Virus record (IMG/VR): IMGVR_UViG_3300046517_001837
Direction: 5' to 3' (one strand)
Length of the DNA: 64,000 bases
Source of the DNA: an uncultured virus (IMG/VR IMGVR_UViG_3300046517_001837)
Taxonomy: Duplodnaviria; Heunggongvirae; Uroviricota; Caudoviricetes
Shown here: one piece after another, positions 1-10,327 of the stretch
Numbering within the stretch: the stretch's first letter is position 1
Layout of the letters: every line of letters begins with the position of its first letter
Position numbers and translations under genes: made by a program
The notes under the pieces: model-generated
The model's input: only the letters and a program-made list of their open reading frames with translations
Database searches by the model: none
What the model was told of the DNA's origin: nothing

Positions 1-193
1 CCGGCACCGCCACCTGCCTGGCATTCAAGGTCTGCGCGAGCTGGTGCGTGACGTCGTTGTAGTCGATCCACGCGCTCACCTTCCCCGTGATGCCGTCCAC
101 CGCGTAGTAGTCCGCCACGAACACCGGCTGCTGCTGCGCCATCGCGCAGATATTGCCGAAGATCGTGGCAGGCACGCGTGCGGGGATCGTCAT
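1..193 (-). CDS. Partial ORF running off the left edge; paralog of 190..948, probable virion/adhesin-type protein
   Basis: Manual translation from ATG at 193 gives MTIPARVPATIFGNICAMAQQQPVFVADYYAVDGITGKVSAWIDYNDVTHQLAQT. This aligns with the N-terminus of 190..948 (PLFTASYYSVDGVSGKVASFIDWSDTGHVLSQT). ATGA start/stop overlap. Confidence 0.75.
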   Translation of the reverse strand, partial: MTIPARVPATIFGNICAMAQQQPVFVADYYAVDGITGKVSAWIDYNDVTHQLAQTLNARQVAVP

Positions 194-948
194 GGCGTGA
201 TCCCCGTGACTTGCTGGATCCATGTCGCGACGTTCCCGGCCCGGGTGTCGAGGGGCGGACTCAACATGAAGGAGTGCCAATCACCGATAAAGGCATTTGC
301 GCCACCGGGAAGCTTTCCCAACACGAAGGTACTTGGTGGGTTTGCAATCGATGGGCTCGAAAGCGTGCCTGAAAACTTCAGCGTGCTCTTATGAAAAAAC
401 TTCGTCGTAAGAGTGCCCGCGAGCACCGTGGCTCGAATCCATGTGGGAGTGCCTAGCGCTGCAATCGCTTGGTCCCCCACGCCGATGGCTGAGCCAGACG
501 CGTTGTTGACGTTCATCGAAGCTGTTGCACCGGTTGTCGTGAGAAGCAGCGACTGATAGTTGGTAGTCCCAGTTTGCGTGCCTGCCAAAACCGAAGCGCC
601 ACCCGCGATCCCCGTGGCCCTGAAGCACAAAAATTCATCCATCCCGCTTCCAGAATGGAGATACACCCAATCACGAACCGGCCGGTTGCTCGTGTAGAAC
701 ATCGTGGCCGCGAACGTCGCTACGATCGCGTTGTTGAAGAGCGCGCTCGCCACGGGGACGGGCACCTGATTGGCGCTGACCGTCTGCGACAGCACATGAC
801 CCGTGTCGCTCCAATCGATGAAGCTCGCGACTTTGCCGCTCACTCCGTCGACAGAATAGTAGCTAGCCGTGAATAGCGGCCGACCTTCCGCGAGGCAGCG
901 GATATAGGAGAACAGCGGATCGAGCCGCGCTACCGCTACGCGCGGCAT
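190..948 (-). CDS. Putative beta-sandwich (LamG/lectin-like) virion protein
   Basis: 252-aa ORF rich in S/T/G/A; C-terminal 'FVLGK...FIGDWHSFML' pattern resembles LamG-like domains. Confidence 0.45.
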   Translation of the reverse strand: MPRVAVARLDPLFSYIRCLAEGRPLFTASYYSVDGVSGKVASFIDWSDTGHVLSQTVSANQVPVPVASALFNNAIVATFAATMFYTSNRPVRDWVYLHSGSGMDEFLCFRATGIAGGASVLAGTQTGTTNYQSLLLTTTGATASMNVNNASGSAIGVGDQAIAALGTPTWIRATVLAGTLTTKFFHKSTLKFSGTLSSPSIANPPSTFVLGKLPGGANAFIGDWHSFMLSPPLDTRAGNVATWIQQVTGITP

Positions 949-949
949 C

Positions 950-2095
950 TTACTTGTACAGCACCGAGTCGAGCTTCAGCGAAGCCTGAGCGCCGATCGT
1001 GAGCGTGAACTCCGTGGTGATGCCGAGCGCGAACACAAGCCCCGACGCGAAATAGACGCCGTTCCTGAAGTCTTTGCTGAAAGGCACGTCTACCTGAACC
1101 GCGGGCATGATGAGCTTTGTGCTCCACACGATCGTCACCGCGCCGTTGGCCGGCAGCGAAGCCGCGTCCATCGCCAACAGCCAGTAGTTGGCCGCGGCCG
1201 CGCTGATGTCCATGCGCCCCGAGACACTGAAGAGCACGCCTGGCGAGGCCTTCACCACAGCGTTCGTGGCCAGCGCCGCGCTCACAAACTTCGACATGGC
1301 GAAGGTCGGGCTGACGACCGGCAACATCTGAACCTGGGTAACGTTCAGGACGTTGTTTTCGGACTGCGCGGCGAACTGTTCGGCGCTCTTGTCGTTGCCG
1401 CTGACGTCGACCTGAGGCAGCAGCAGCTGCGTATCGGTCATGACCGGGGGCGTCACCCGGTACTGGCGCATAGCTAGGACGTTGGCGTTGTCGGCGAACG
1501 TCGCGAGCGCGGCCGCACCTGCCTGGCCGCGCGCGCCCGGCAGCACCACCGGAAGCGAGGCTGCCGGCGTCTGCGGGCCGAGCGGCGCCGTGATCCCCGT
1601 GACCACCACATTGGCCGCTGGGCCGCCGCTTGCCCCGGGCGAGCTCGAGCTGGGCACCGCGTTTGCGAAGAGTCGACGCGCAGCGGTGGCGAGGTTGTTC
1701 GTCACCACGCGTGGGTAGATCAGGCCAGGCGCCGGCAGGTCCACGACCTTGAGCGTGCCGCCGACGATCACGATCCCGCTCGCGATCAGATAGAAGCGCT
1801 CCTTCGGCAGCACCGCGAGCGGGTCCTGGCCTGGGGTTACGTGCTCTTCGCGCACCGCCCAGAGGTCGATCGTGATGTTCTGCGCGGCGGCGGCTTCGAG
1901 CGCGAAGCACACGCGCGAGTTGGTGACGTCGCTCTGCGGGGAGCGCACCCGGGTGCTGATGAGCAGCGTGGTCCCGATGTCGGTGGACACGGGGTCCGGG
2001 TCCACGGTCGCTAGGTCGATTCGTCGGGAGGCTTCAGGCTGCATCAGTGCCCCTTTCCGGGCGGAGTATGGCAGCGGGCCCCCGCGCACCGCCAT
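950..2095 (-). CDS. Putative structural protein
   Basis: 381-aa ORF; C-terminal 'VVKASPGVLFSV...GVYFASGLVFA' beta-rich domain of a kind seen in phage virion proteins. Confidence 0.5.
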   Translation of the reverse strand: MAVRGGPLPYSARKGALMQPEASRRIDLATVDPDPVSTDIGTTLLISTRVRSPQSDVTNSRVCFALEAAAAQNITIDLWAVREEHVTPGQDPLAVLPKERFYLIASGIVIVGGTLKVVDLPAPGLIYPRVVTNNLATAARRLFANAVPSSSSPGASGGPAANVVVTGITAPLGPQTPAASLPVVLPGARGQAGAAALATFADNANVLAMRQYRVTPPVMTDTQLLLPQVDVSGNDKSAEQFAAQSENNVLNVTQVQMLPVVSPTFAMSKFVSAALATNAVVKASPGVLFSVSGRMDISAAAANYWLLAMDAASLPANGAVTIVWSTKLIMPAVQVDVPFSKDFRNGVYFASGLVFALGITTEFTLTIGAQASLKLDSVLYK

Positions 2096-2722
2096 AGCCG
2101 AGTGCTAGGCGTCGTGCTGGCCGGCGAGGTCTCGCAGGTTCTCGATGAACAGCGAGAGCGCGTAAAGGGCGTGCTCGGCGCGCAGGATCTGCACGGGCAG
2201 CGGCGTCATTTCGAGCGGATTGCCCACCAGGATATGGGCTTCCTGCTTCGTTTCGTCGAGCGCGATCAGCACCGTGAGCAGGCTCGAGTCGACGCGGGCG
2301 AGCGAATCACCCAGGGCCTTGTAGATCTCCTGCCGTCGGTCCTGAGGCATCTTCCAGCGGTTCTACCACCGGGGGCGCATCGCGCGCGATCGCGTCGGCG
2401 ATCTTCTCGCGGTAGGTGGCAAGCGCGGCGGCGCGCCCGATCTCCACCTGCTTCTTGGTGTCGCAGTGCGGGCAGCGTGGGCAGCGTGGCTCACCGAGCG
2501 CGCGGTGGATCGCGTGGAACTCGGGGAAGGTGAGCCCGATCGGCTCGTGCACGCCGTGTTTCTCGGCCTCGGTGTCGAGCGCGCACCGGTGCTTGGCCTC
2601 GGTCTTGTTGGCAGCGCGCTTCTGGGAGCGCTGAGCGCGGCGCTGAAAGCGGTTTGGACCGTCTTGCGGCGTGGTGGCGCTCGTCACGACGGTTTGGCGG
2701 TGCCGGCGGTTCTGGGTGCTCG

Positions 2723-3349
2723 TCATGGGCCCACCTTGCGGTCCCAATAACCGCCGCGCGCCTTATCCACTGCATCTCTGATGAGCGACACGTGCGGGAT
2801 GTTGGTCGCGAACGGCACCCCGGCGCCGAACACTTGCAGGTCAAGCCCGCTGTAGTCCACGCCTGGGCGCAGCACGATCGCAGGGAACGGGCCGATTTCA
2901 CCGAATCCCCAGTACAGCACGATCGCGCCGATGCCTGGCCATTGCGGCACCGATTCCGGCGGCAGTGCCACGGCCACTGGACTGAGATTGCGCGCCACAA
3001 GCGCCGTTTCGAGCACCGTCACGCGGTACAGCACGCTCTTGAAGCGCTGCACCTCATCGAGCTCTGACCATGGGCAAAGCGCGGGGTGCTTCTTGGTTTC
3101 CGGGTCGCGCGTCTCGCCCCACGACCAGCCATCGGCAATCCGCTTCCTGAGCCAATGGTGGTGTTGTTCCTCGGCTGACGTGAGATCGCCACTGAGAATC
3201 AGATCCACGCAGAGGCACATCCCCATTTGATAGGCGGGTGAGGTCTCTTCCCAGGGCGGCCGGGGCTCGCCGATCTCGGCGTTGTAGACGCGTTGCACCT
3301 CGTAAGCCGCGCGCGCAATCGAGCGCGCTCGGTCGATGTCGACAGGCAT
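2723..3349 (-). CDS. RyR (ryanodine-receptor repeat) domain protein fused to a small C-terminal beta domain
   Basis: Motif 'EEQHHHWLRKRIADGWSWGETRDPETKKHPALCPWSELDEVQR' matches the RyR consensus H..W......GW.YG..D...K.HP.L.P..EL. Confidence 0.8.
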   Translation of the reverse strand: MPVDIDRARSIARAAYEVQRVYNAEIGEPRPPWEETSPAYQMGMCLCVDLILSGDLTSAEEQHHHWLRKRIADGWSWGETRDPETKKHPALCPWSELDEVQRFKSVLYRVTVLETALVARNLSPVAVALPPESVPQWPGIGAIVLYWGFGEIGPFPAIVLRPGVDYSGLDLQVFGAGVPFATNIPHVSLIRDAVDKARGGYWDRKVGP

Positions 3350-4093
3350 GGTTCTTCCTCGGGTGGTTGGGGTTGGGTGTGGCGGGTGAGGGCCACTGAG
3401 ACCGCGTAGCGCGCCTCAGCGAGCCGCGTCAATCGCCAAGGATCACCTGAATTGCGCGCTGGATCTCGATCGGCTCTTTGAGCAGCGAGGCGGCCACGTA
3501 GATCTTGAAGGTGCTGGTGCGCGCGCACACGTCCACGCGTTCGACCATCACGTGCCGGATCAGCTTCGCAAGGATCTCGCCCTGGCGGTCAGGGGTCTCG
3601 GCCCAGAACGCTTTGGGGTGCAGGCGAAACTCGAGCGTGCCATCGAACGGCTGCATACCGTAGGGCTGGGGGCGGTTCATGCCCCCAAAGCTAGGCTAGT
3701 TCCGCTGGCGACGCATCAGCGCTTCGATCGCCCGGTGGATGCTCTCCTGATAGCTGCTGGCGGCCACCGTCACGCGCATGGCGCGCCCCTCGAAGCGGGC
3801 ATCGGGGATGCTGGCGTGCGCGTGGTAGCGGCGGTCGAAGCCGAGCTCGGCGTCTGCGTGAACTGGGTACAACGTGGACACGGGTCACCTCATACGGCGC
3901 ACCCTGAGCACGAAGCTTGCCAATATCAAGAGGTTCTCGCTAGGGTGTGCTCAAGGCGGCGGGGCTTCTGTTGCAGCGATCTTCACCCGACCGCGCCCGC
4001 GCTGTGACGTAGCGCTGGGATGCTGGGCTCCCGTGGCACCCAACGGAAGGCGAAGGTCTCGGGCGATTGCTTGCCGCCCGGGGCTGACGTGCG

Positions 4094-4291
4094 TCAGCTG
4101 TCAGGCCCGTCCACCCAAACCACGTGCCCACAGCGCTCGTTCGAGCACGAGTACTTCTCGTCCTCGTACCCGCCGCACGACGACTCCCAAGTTTTGACGC
4201 TCATGGGGGCGTCGCACTTCGGGCATCGGCGTTGTGCCTCCTTCGCCGGGCCAAAGGAGCCCTCATGCTCTGCCATGGGCTTGGTGTGCAT
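4094..4291 (-). CDS. Small zinc-ribbon protein
   Basis: CPKC...CSNERC cysteine pattern. Confidence 0.55.
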   Translation of the reverse strand: MHTKPMAEHEGSFGPAKEAQRRCPKCDAPMSVKTWESSCGGYEDEKYSCSNERCGHVVWVDGPDS

Positions 4292-4296
4292 ACGTT

Positions 4297-4554
4297 CTAC
4301 TCCGCGGGCTCGTAGGTGGCGTCGAACGTCGCCGAGGGGCAGGCGTAGAAGTTCCCGTCAATGCCGCGGATCACCCAGTCGCCAGGTTTCGCGGTCGTGG
4401 TGCCTTCCGGCGCGGGAATCTCAAGGCCGCCCAGAACATCCTCGTTGACCTCGCCCCACTTCGCCCATTCCAAGATCGCCAAGGCGTTTTTGCCGTCGTA
4501 TTGCATCGCCTCGATCACTACGGGCTTCTTTCGGTACTTGTTCGCCATCTTCAT
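4297..4554 (-). CDS. Conserved small phage protein (PGDYG-like family); candidate signal sponge
   Basis: 'KYRKKPVVIEAMQ...EGTTTAKPGDWVIRGIDGNFYACPSATFDATYE' is a widespread phage motif; ATGA overlap with the upstream gene. Confidence 0.7.
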   Translation of the reverse strand: MKMANKYRKKPVVIEAMQYDGKNALAILEWAKWGEVNEDVLGGLEIPAPEGTTTAKPGDWVIRGIDGNFYACPSATFDATYEPAE

Positions 4555-4920
4555 TCCTCCCAAGGCCTCGGGCGCCTGTACATCGGGCCTGGCACGTAGG
4601 CAGGGCTCGTGTCTACCTCGCGCACCGCGCGGTTCTGGGGGCCGATCGAGCGGTCACGCGCCTCGATCTCACGCTCGAGCCGGGTCACCAGGTCGAAGCA
4701 TCCTCGCACGTCGTCGATCGCCACCACGTGGTAGGCGACGTCGCCGAACTTCACGGGCTTGCGCCTCTGTGCGGCGCGCGCGACCCGCACGCTATGGCCG
4801 GTGGATACAACGATGGCGCCGAGCAGCCAGCCGACAACCAGCAGGGCGGCGTTTAGGAGGGGTTGAGACACGCTGCGCAATCTGCACGGGCCCGGGTTTT
4901 TGCGCAAATGGTTTTCACGC

Positions 4921-5187
4921 TCAGACGTACCGTTGGATGCCATGGGCAATCCCGTCCACGAGCTTCACGCGCCACTGGTTGCCGTCGTGCGTGCCCCACG
5001 CGTCGACCGTGCCGTCGTTTTCCTCGACCGAATCTTCCAGCCCGAATGCCTGTAACTCTTCTAGGCCCGCGTCAATTCGGTCCGACGCGGCAAGGTCCTC
5101 GTGCAGCGCGAGCACCGCGCATTCGTTGTGGCTGATGCTCCGTCGCACTGCCCGCTCCGCCGTCATGTATCCAATCGCGTATGCCAT
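4921..5187 (-). CDS. Hypothetical protein headed by repeat element copy 1
   Basis: ATG at 5187 lies 8 nt after the GAGATGGGG RBS of the repeat. Confidence 0.7.
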   Translation of the reverse strand: MAYAIGYMTAERAVRRSISHNECAVLALHEDLAASDRIDAGLEELQAFGLEDSVEENDGTVDAWGTHDGNQWRVKLVDGIAHGIQRYV

Positions 5188-5195
5188 GTTGCCGT

Positions 5196-5269
5196 CCCCA
5201 TCTCTGCCGCGCTTGGCGGCCCCGTAAGAACAATCATCAGCTATCCCAATACCGTTTGCAAACGGAATC
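5196..5269 (-). repeat. Dispersed promoter/stem-loop/RBS element, copy 1
   Basis: Minus strand GATTCCGTTTGCAAACGGTATTGGGATAGCTGATGATTGTTCTTACGGGGCCGCCAAGCGCGGCAGAGATGGGG; identical to 18155..18228. Confidence 0.95.
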
Positions 5270-6866
5270 AGCGGAAGCGCTTCCCCAGCGTGCGGCGAAT
5301 GCCCTCGCGGGCGAACCACAGGCCCATTAGCCGGTCACCCGTATGGTTCTTCGGGCCACCGCCAGGGCGGTAGCTCGCCATCTCGACACGCAGCGCAGCG
5401 AGCTCGGGATCCACGTCGTCGCCCTTGTCCCCACTCGGGAAGAGCCACAGGCGCTGGCGCAGCTCGACCGCGATGGACTCGATCCCAAAGTCTTCGTCCC
5501 ACTTGCTTTGGGCTGAGGTGTTGTAGGGCTCGACCGAGATCTTCTTCTTGCTGACCGTGTGCTGGCGCAGAAACTCTTGCGCGCCCACGCTTTCGACGAT
5601 CATGCGGCTGTTGAAGCGCAAGTGCGTCTCGTAGATGCGGTCGATTATTTCGTCTGCCGTCCACTTCCCCGCCTCGATCTTGACCAGCTGCCGGCGCTTG
5701 TCGTCGCGCAGCGCCACCGTGACGAGCGCCGTGACGTCGTGCCCTTCCTTCTGGCCGACGCCAAGGTCCACGCCCGTCCAGCACGGCAGCGCGCGCGGGC
5801 CAGGCCACAAGAGCGGCCGACGCTCGAGCATCTTGAGCCCGCGCCCAGCCGTGAGCGCCACCCTGATCGCCCAGTCCGGGAAGCGGCTACTGATGTCGTT
5901 GACGACGCGGCACAAGTACTTGCGCGCGAACGCCGACGGCTGCATGCCGTTGAGGCGCTTGAGCAGGCGCGACAACGGCCACTGTCCAGCCCATGTCGTG
6001 ATCCAGTTAGCGGGCTTGTCTTCGGGGTTCTGCACGGCGCTGAACACGCGCCCCTCGAAGCTCTTTCGCTTCGGGAGCTCGTGCAGCAGGTCCCAGTCAG
6101 CGAACGGGGTACCAATCACCCAGATCCGCGCCGGGTAGCCGCCCTCGGCCTGATCCTGGGCACGCGTGAGCACCATCGTATCGAACCAAGCAATCGTCTT
6201 CTGCGCGGCTTCCAGCGTGCCCGTGTTCTGCAGGTTGAGCACGTCATCGAGCACGATGATGTCGAGGCGTGCGCCGGCGATCTTCGTGCCCGAGCCGTAG
6301 ACGCGGATCGTGGGGTTACGCAGGTACGGGCTGCGCTCGACCTCGATGGCGTGCATGTTCCAGATCGCGTGCTTGCGCGAGCTGCGCTTCAGGTGCGGGA
6401 AAACCTCGTGAAGACGCTGCGATTCCTCGATGTATCGCTTGATAATCCCGAGCATCACGAAGGCTTGCTCTTCGGAGTCGGAGATGATCGCGCAGCGCAG
6501 GTTAGGGTTGCGGCCGATCTCCCAGAGCAAGCGCGCGATGATCTGGAAGCTCTTGCCGTGCTCGACGGGGGCTACGAGAACGCTCCACTCGTTCTTCGTC
6601 CAATGCTCGTGCCATTCCTTGTGGATCGAAGCGCAGTGGATGGGCTTGCGCGTGGTCTCATCGACCATCACGAAATCAGCGAAGTCGACCGGGTCAACGC
6701 GCGCGCGCCTGATCTGGACGGTGCGCCGAGCTCGAGCACGCTGCTTCAGCTTGTGCCGATACGCGTCCAGGTCGTAGACGTTGGCGCCAGGCCCCTCGAT
6801 GGGGTTGATGGGCATGCCGCCTAGCGCGTCTTGCGCGTGAAGGGCGCCCAGTGATCGCGAGCTCAT
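5268..6866 (-). CDS. terL: Terminase large subunit
   Basis: Walker A 'APVEHGKS', Walker B 'IIVLDD', coupling motif 'VIGTP', RNase H-like nuclease 'GVDLG...D' and 'GDRLMGLW'. Start placed at ATG 6866, overlapping the upstream stop. Confidence 0.92.
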   Translation of the reverse strand: MSSRSLGALHAQDALGGMPINPIEGPGANVYDLDAYRHKLKQRARARRTVQIRRARVDPVDFADFVMVDETTRKPIHCASIHKEWHEHWTKNEWSVLVAPVEHGKSFQIIARLLWEIGRNPNLRCAIISDSEEQAFVMLGIIKRYIEESQRLHEVFPHLKRSSRKHAIWNMHAIEVERSPYLRNPTIRVYGSGTKIAGARLDIIVLDDVLNLQNTGTLEAAQKTIAWFDTMVLTRAQDQAEGGYPARIWVIGTPFADWDLLHELPKRKSFEGRVFSAVQNPEDKPANWITTWAGQWPLSRLLKRLNGMQPSAFARKYLCRVVNDISSRFPDWAIRVALTAGRGLKMLERRPLLWPGPRALPCWTGVDLGVGQKEGHDVTALVTVALRDDKRRQLVKIEAGKWTADEIIDRIYETHLRFNSRMIVESVGAQEFLRQHTVSKKKISVEPYNTSAQSKWDEDFGIESIAVELRQRLWLFPSGDKGDDVDPELAALRVEMASYRPGGGPKNHTGDRLMGLWFAREGIRRTLGKRFR

Positions 6867-7475
6867 CAGTCTGCCTTCTGATCGCGCGCTCGAGTCATCA
6901 TGGTCGCCTGCACGTCGCGCGGCAGCGTGCTCGGCGCCTCGACCACGATCCCATGCTCGCCGAAATCCCAGAACAGCCACATGCGCTTCTGGTGGTGCAG
7001 GCGGTAGAGGCCCTGGCCATCGTGCGTCACGTCAGCCCAGGACACCGAGCGCCATTCGACGGTGCGCACGACGGCTTCGCGGTGCTGGGGCGCGCCCAGG
7101 TCGAGCACGCTCTGCGCTTCGGCGCGCTGCTCGCGGTATTGCAGCGAGGGGTACATGGGCGCGGTCTTCTGCGAGGCGATCTGAGCGGGCACCTTGCCCG
7201 TTGCTTCGACGATGGCGCCGATCACCTGTAACGCCCGAACTTGGTTCACGGGCCGACATCAAGGTCAACGTGGTCGAGCGCCGGCAGCAGCACGACCGCG
7301 GTACTCAACTCATCCCCGTGCCAAACCTGCCGGAAGCGCACGATCACGCCGGTATCGCGCATGTACGCGTGCCCGCGCAGCGCTTCCCAATACGTGCTTT
7401 CGGCGTGCTCGCGCAACCTTTCAAGGGTGATGGCGTCTGGCATGAGGCCGATATTACACAAAACGATTGCGCAAA

Positions 7476-8054
7476 TCAGCCGGGGCGCGCTGAACGAGCT
7501 AGCGACACGAGCCACTCAGCGAACGCGATGGGTGTGCGGCGACGCTGTTGTGCGCTGCAAACCTTGATGCCTGGCGGGACGATTCCTCCTGAGCCTTTGC
7601 GGTTTTTGTTTCGCCCGCCGCTCACCCAGTGAGTGGGATTCCGCGCTGGCGGGCGCTCGCGCGGGAATGACACGCCGACCAGGTACAGCCACGTGCGCTT
7701 TCGTGCAGGGTGCCCCCAGTCGACCTGGCAAACTTCGATCGTGTACCCGCCGAACGCATCGGACGGAGCTCCCGGCATCGGCATCCCCATCGCCTGCCAA
7801 AGCCGCGAACGGGAAGGGTGCTCCAATACGCCACCGTACGCCCTCACCTGCTCGACTGCGCGCGGACCGCAGTCGGCCGCAGCGCCATTGCTTAGGTGCC
7901 GCAACGATCCCCACGGGCCGCAAGGCGGGTGCGCCACGACCGGGAAGGGCCCGGCGTATGCGCGGGCGTCGCGCTGCTCATCCCAGGGATCGACGCCTTC
8001 GAGCCCGAAGTACGGCCCGCCCTTCTCTACGAACAGCGCGGCGACTGTCACCAC
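7476..8054 (-). CDS. C5-cytosine DNA methyltransferase-like protein
   Basis: 'VVAHPPC' catalytic-like motif, 'VLEHP' (ENP-like) and 'QVDWGHPARKRTWLY'. Confidence 0.65.
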   Translation of the reverse strand: MVTVAALFVEKGGPYFGLEGVDPWDEQRDARAYAGPFPVVAHPPCGPWGSLRHLSNGAAADCGPRAVEQVRAYGGVLEHPSRSRLWQAMGMPMPGAPSDAFGGYTIEVCQVDWGHPARKRTWLYLVGVSFPRERPPARNPTHWVSGGRNKNRKGSGGIVPPGIKVCSAQQRRRTPIAFAEWLVSLARSARPG

Positions 8055-8127
8055 CCGTTGCCGTCGCCGAAAAGCGCATAGAAGGCCACGCCCACGACGA
8101 TCAGCAGCAGGTCCCAGAGCGTGGTGA

Positions 8128-8469
8128 TCACCGCCCTTCCCCGACCGCGCGCGCCTTGGCCAGGTCGTAGCGCTGTTGGAGATTCATCCAAAACTCAGGC
8201 GTGGTTCCGAGCAGGCGCGCGAGCAGCAGCGCCATCGGCGCGTCAACGTCGCGCCGCTCTTCCATGAGAGCGCGCAGGGGGTTGATGAAATCCTCGCGCA
8301 GCACCTCGCCAGGGTGGACGCTAGGCGTGGCGGCGTCTGCCACGGCGCCGGCGCCAAGCTGAGGGACATACTCGGCACACTGGCAAATCAAGCACTTGAA
8401 CGGATGACCGATTTGCCCGCGGTGCTCGCCCGCAAAGTGTCCGCACCGCTGACAGGGTTTGTTGCTCAC
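8128..8469 (-). CDS. Orphan HigA-like antitoxin with internal deletion and N-terminal Cys/His finger
   Basis: 'VHPGEVLREDFINPL' and 'MALLLARLLGTTPEFWMNLQQRYDL' are the HigA N- and C-terminal signatures; no toxin gene recognised nearby. Confidence 0.75.
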   Translation of the reverse strand: MSNKPCQRCGHFAGEHRGQIGHPFKCLICQCAEYVPQLGAGAVADAATPSVHPGEVLREDFINPLRALMEERRDVDAPMALLLARLLGTTPEFWMNLQQRYDLAKARAVGEGR

Positions 8470-10274
8470 AGTTCCTCTTTCTCATGCGGATCGAAGCGCC
8501 GCACGCCGTTCACTTTGAAGTGCTCGAGCGCCTCGTGCGCTACGAACCTCACCACCAAGCTGCGCACCCACCAGACGCGCGCGTCCTCATCGCGCAATGA
8601 CCAGTCGAGCCAATCGACGGTCTCGCGCATCGCGACCTGTGTGGGCTTGCCGGTGTCGCGGTCGAGCACTTCCATGTGGGCCGAGATCACGACGCGATCC
8701 GTGCACGCTTGAAAGTCGGTGTCGCGCGGTGTCACGTGCGGCGTTGCGACCGCGACGCGCACGTTTGAAATGCTCAGGCCTGAAAGGTCGATGTCCACTA
8801 CACCGCCCCGTAACTGATCGTGTTCTCGGCGGCTTCCTCGACCTCAGACGCGAACCGCGAGAGCGCCACCGCGTCGCACTCCCCATCACGGTAGCGCGCG
8901 TCGAGCAGCTTCTTTGCCGCGTCGCGCAAGTGCCGCTCGAAGCTTACGAGCGCCAGCACCGCGCGCTTGTCGCCGACCATGGCGCGCTTTTCGATCTCGT
9001 GAAGCGCGCTGTCCTGCTCGGCGCTCACGACTTGCTCAGCCGCAGCTGCTCGAGCATTTCGAGCAGGTCCGCATGCGCGCTCCTGGCGCCGCCTTCCGTG
9101 GCGAACGGGCCCACTTCGCGCTCGGGCTGGCCCTCGACCATGACAACGAGCCACCAGCCATCGCTGCCCGCGACAACTTCCGTTTTGAGCTTTAGGATAA
9201 GCCCCATCACGCTGGGCCCCCGAGCTCTGCGATGAGCTTGAACAGCTCGCGGATGTCGTCGCGCGCCTTCACGAGCACGTCAGCGATCTCGGGTGCCGTC
9301 TGCGAGTACTCGCTTGCGTGCACGTGATCGGTGCAAAGCCAGGTTTCGTCGTCGTCTGACACTACATCGTGCCGCCGGCCATCCTCGCCGAAGCTGGCGA
9401 TCGGCCAGTCGTTGCACGCGTCTTTGATGCCGTGTGCGATGCGCATGGGCGGAACGAGCCGCCAGCGCTCGTGGATCTCGCGCATGCGCTCGACCATGGC
9501 GGCGCTGGCTTGCTCATCGGCGGGCTGGCTCATCACTCGTACTCCTTGAGTAGCTGTTCGTAGACCGCGGCCGCGGCACCGTGCGCGTCGGCCAGCTTGC
9601 CGCAGTGCTCGCGCAGCGGCCCGTCGCCTCCGGGATAGGCCGCGCGCGTCTGCTTTTCCTGTGCGCGCAGCGTACGCGCGAGCTCGATCGCGCTTCCGAT
9701 CACGATCCGGCTGCCTAGGTCGTTCCTGTCCACGTTCACCCCCCCGTTCCTGGCTTGTCGAAGCGGCCGTACTTGGCCACGGCAGCGCCAAGCGGAGACG
9801 CCCCGAGCAGCATGGCGTCGGCCTTCATGACGTAGGAGGCGAACCCGAGCGCGCGAAGCTCGTTGGCCGCCTCGGCATCGCCCTTGGACGGGAAACAGGG
9901 GCCTTCATGGAGCAGGCGCCACAGTTCCTCGCGCATGACCTCTGGCAGGTAGCGGAAGGCCTTCTGCGCCGCCTCGATGTAGTGGCCGGTCCCGTAATCG
10001 TGCCGTTCCATCTCGGTGAGCGCTCGCTTGAGTACGTCCATCATCGTCGGACACCGGGATCATTGCGGCGAACGAAGAACGCGCACCCGCCTACCATCGT
10101 CGCGATACGCTCTTCTAGGTGGGCAAGCGTGTAATCCGCCAAGTCTTTCGTGGGCACCACGGCCGTGATTCTGAGCGTCGCCGGCTTTCCCGCCGCATTG
10201 ACGCCGCGAAAAAACAGCTGGTGCTCGGGGTGAGCGGGATCGAGTTGCATGGCGGCGAAGGTGACACCCGCCCC

Positions 10275-10301
10275 GATTTTGCGCAATACGTTTGCGCAAA
10301 T
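10275..10301. promoter_or_regulatory. Divergent promoter/operator with two TTGCGCAA palindromes
   Basis: GATTTTGCGCAATACGTTTGCGCAAAT at the minus/plus strand switch; 24/27 identical to the reverse complement of 26000..26026. Confidence 0.8.
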
Positions 10302-10327
10302 ATCAGGCGGCGCTTAGGCTCCCGCGC

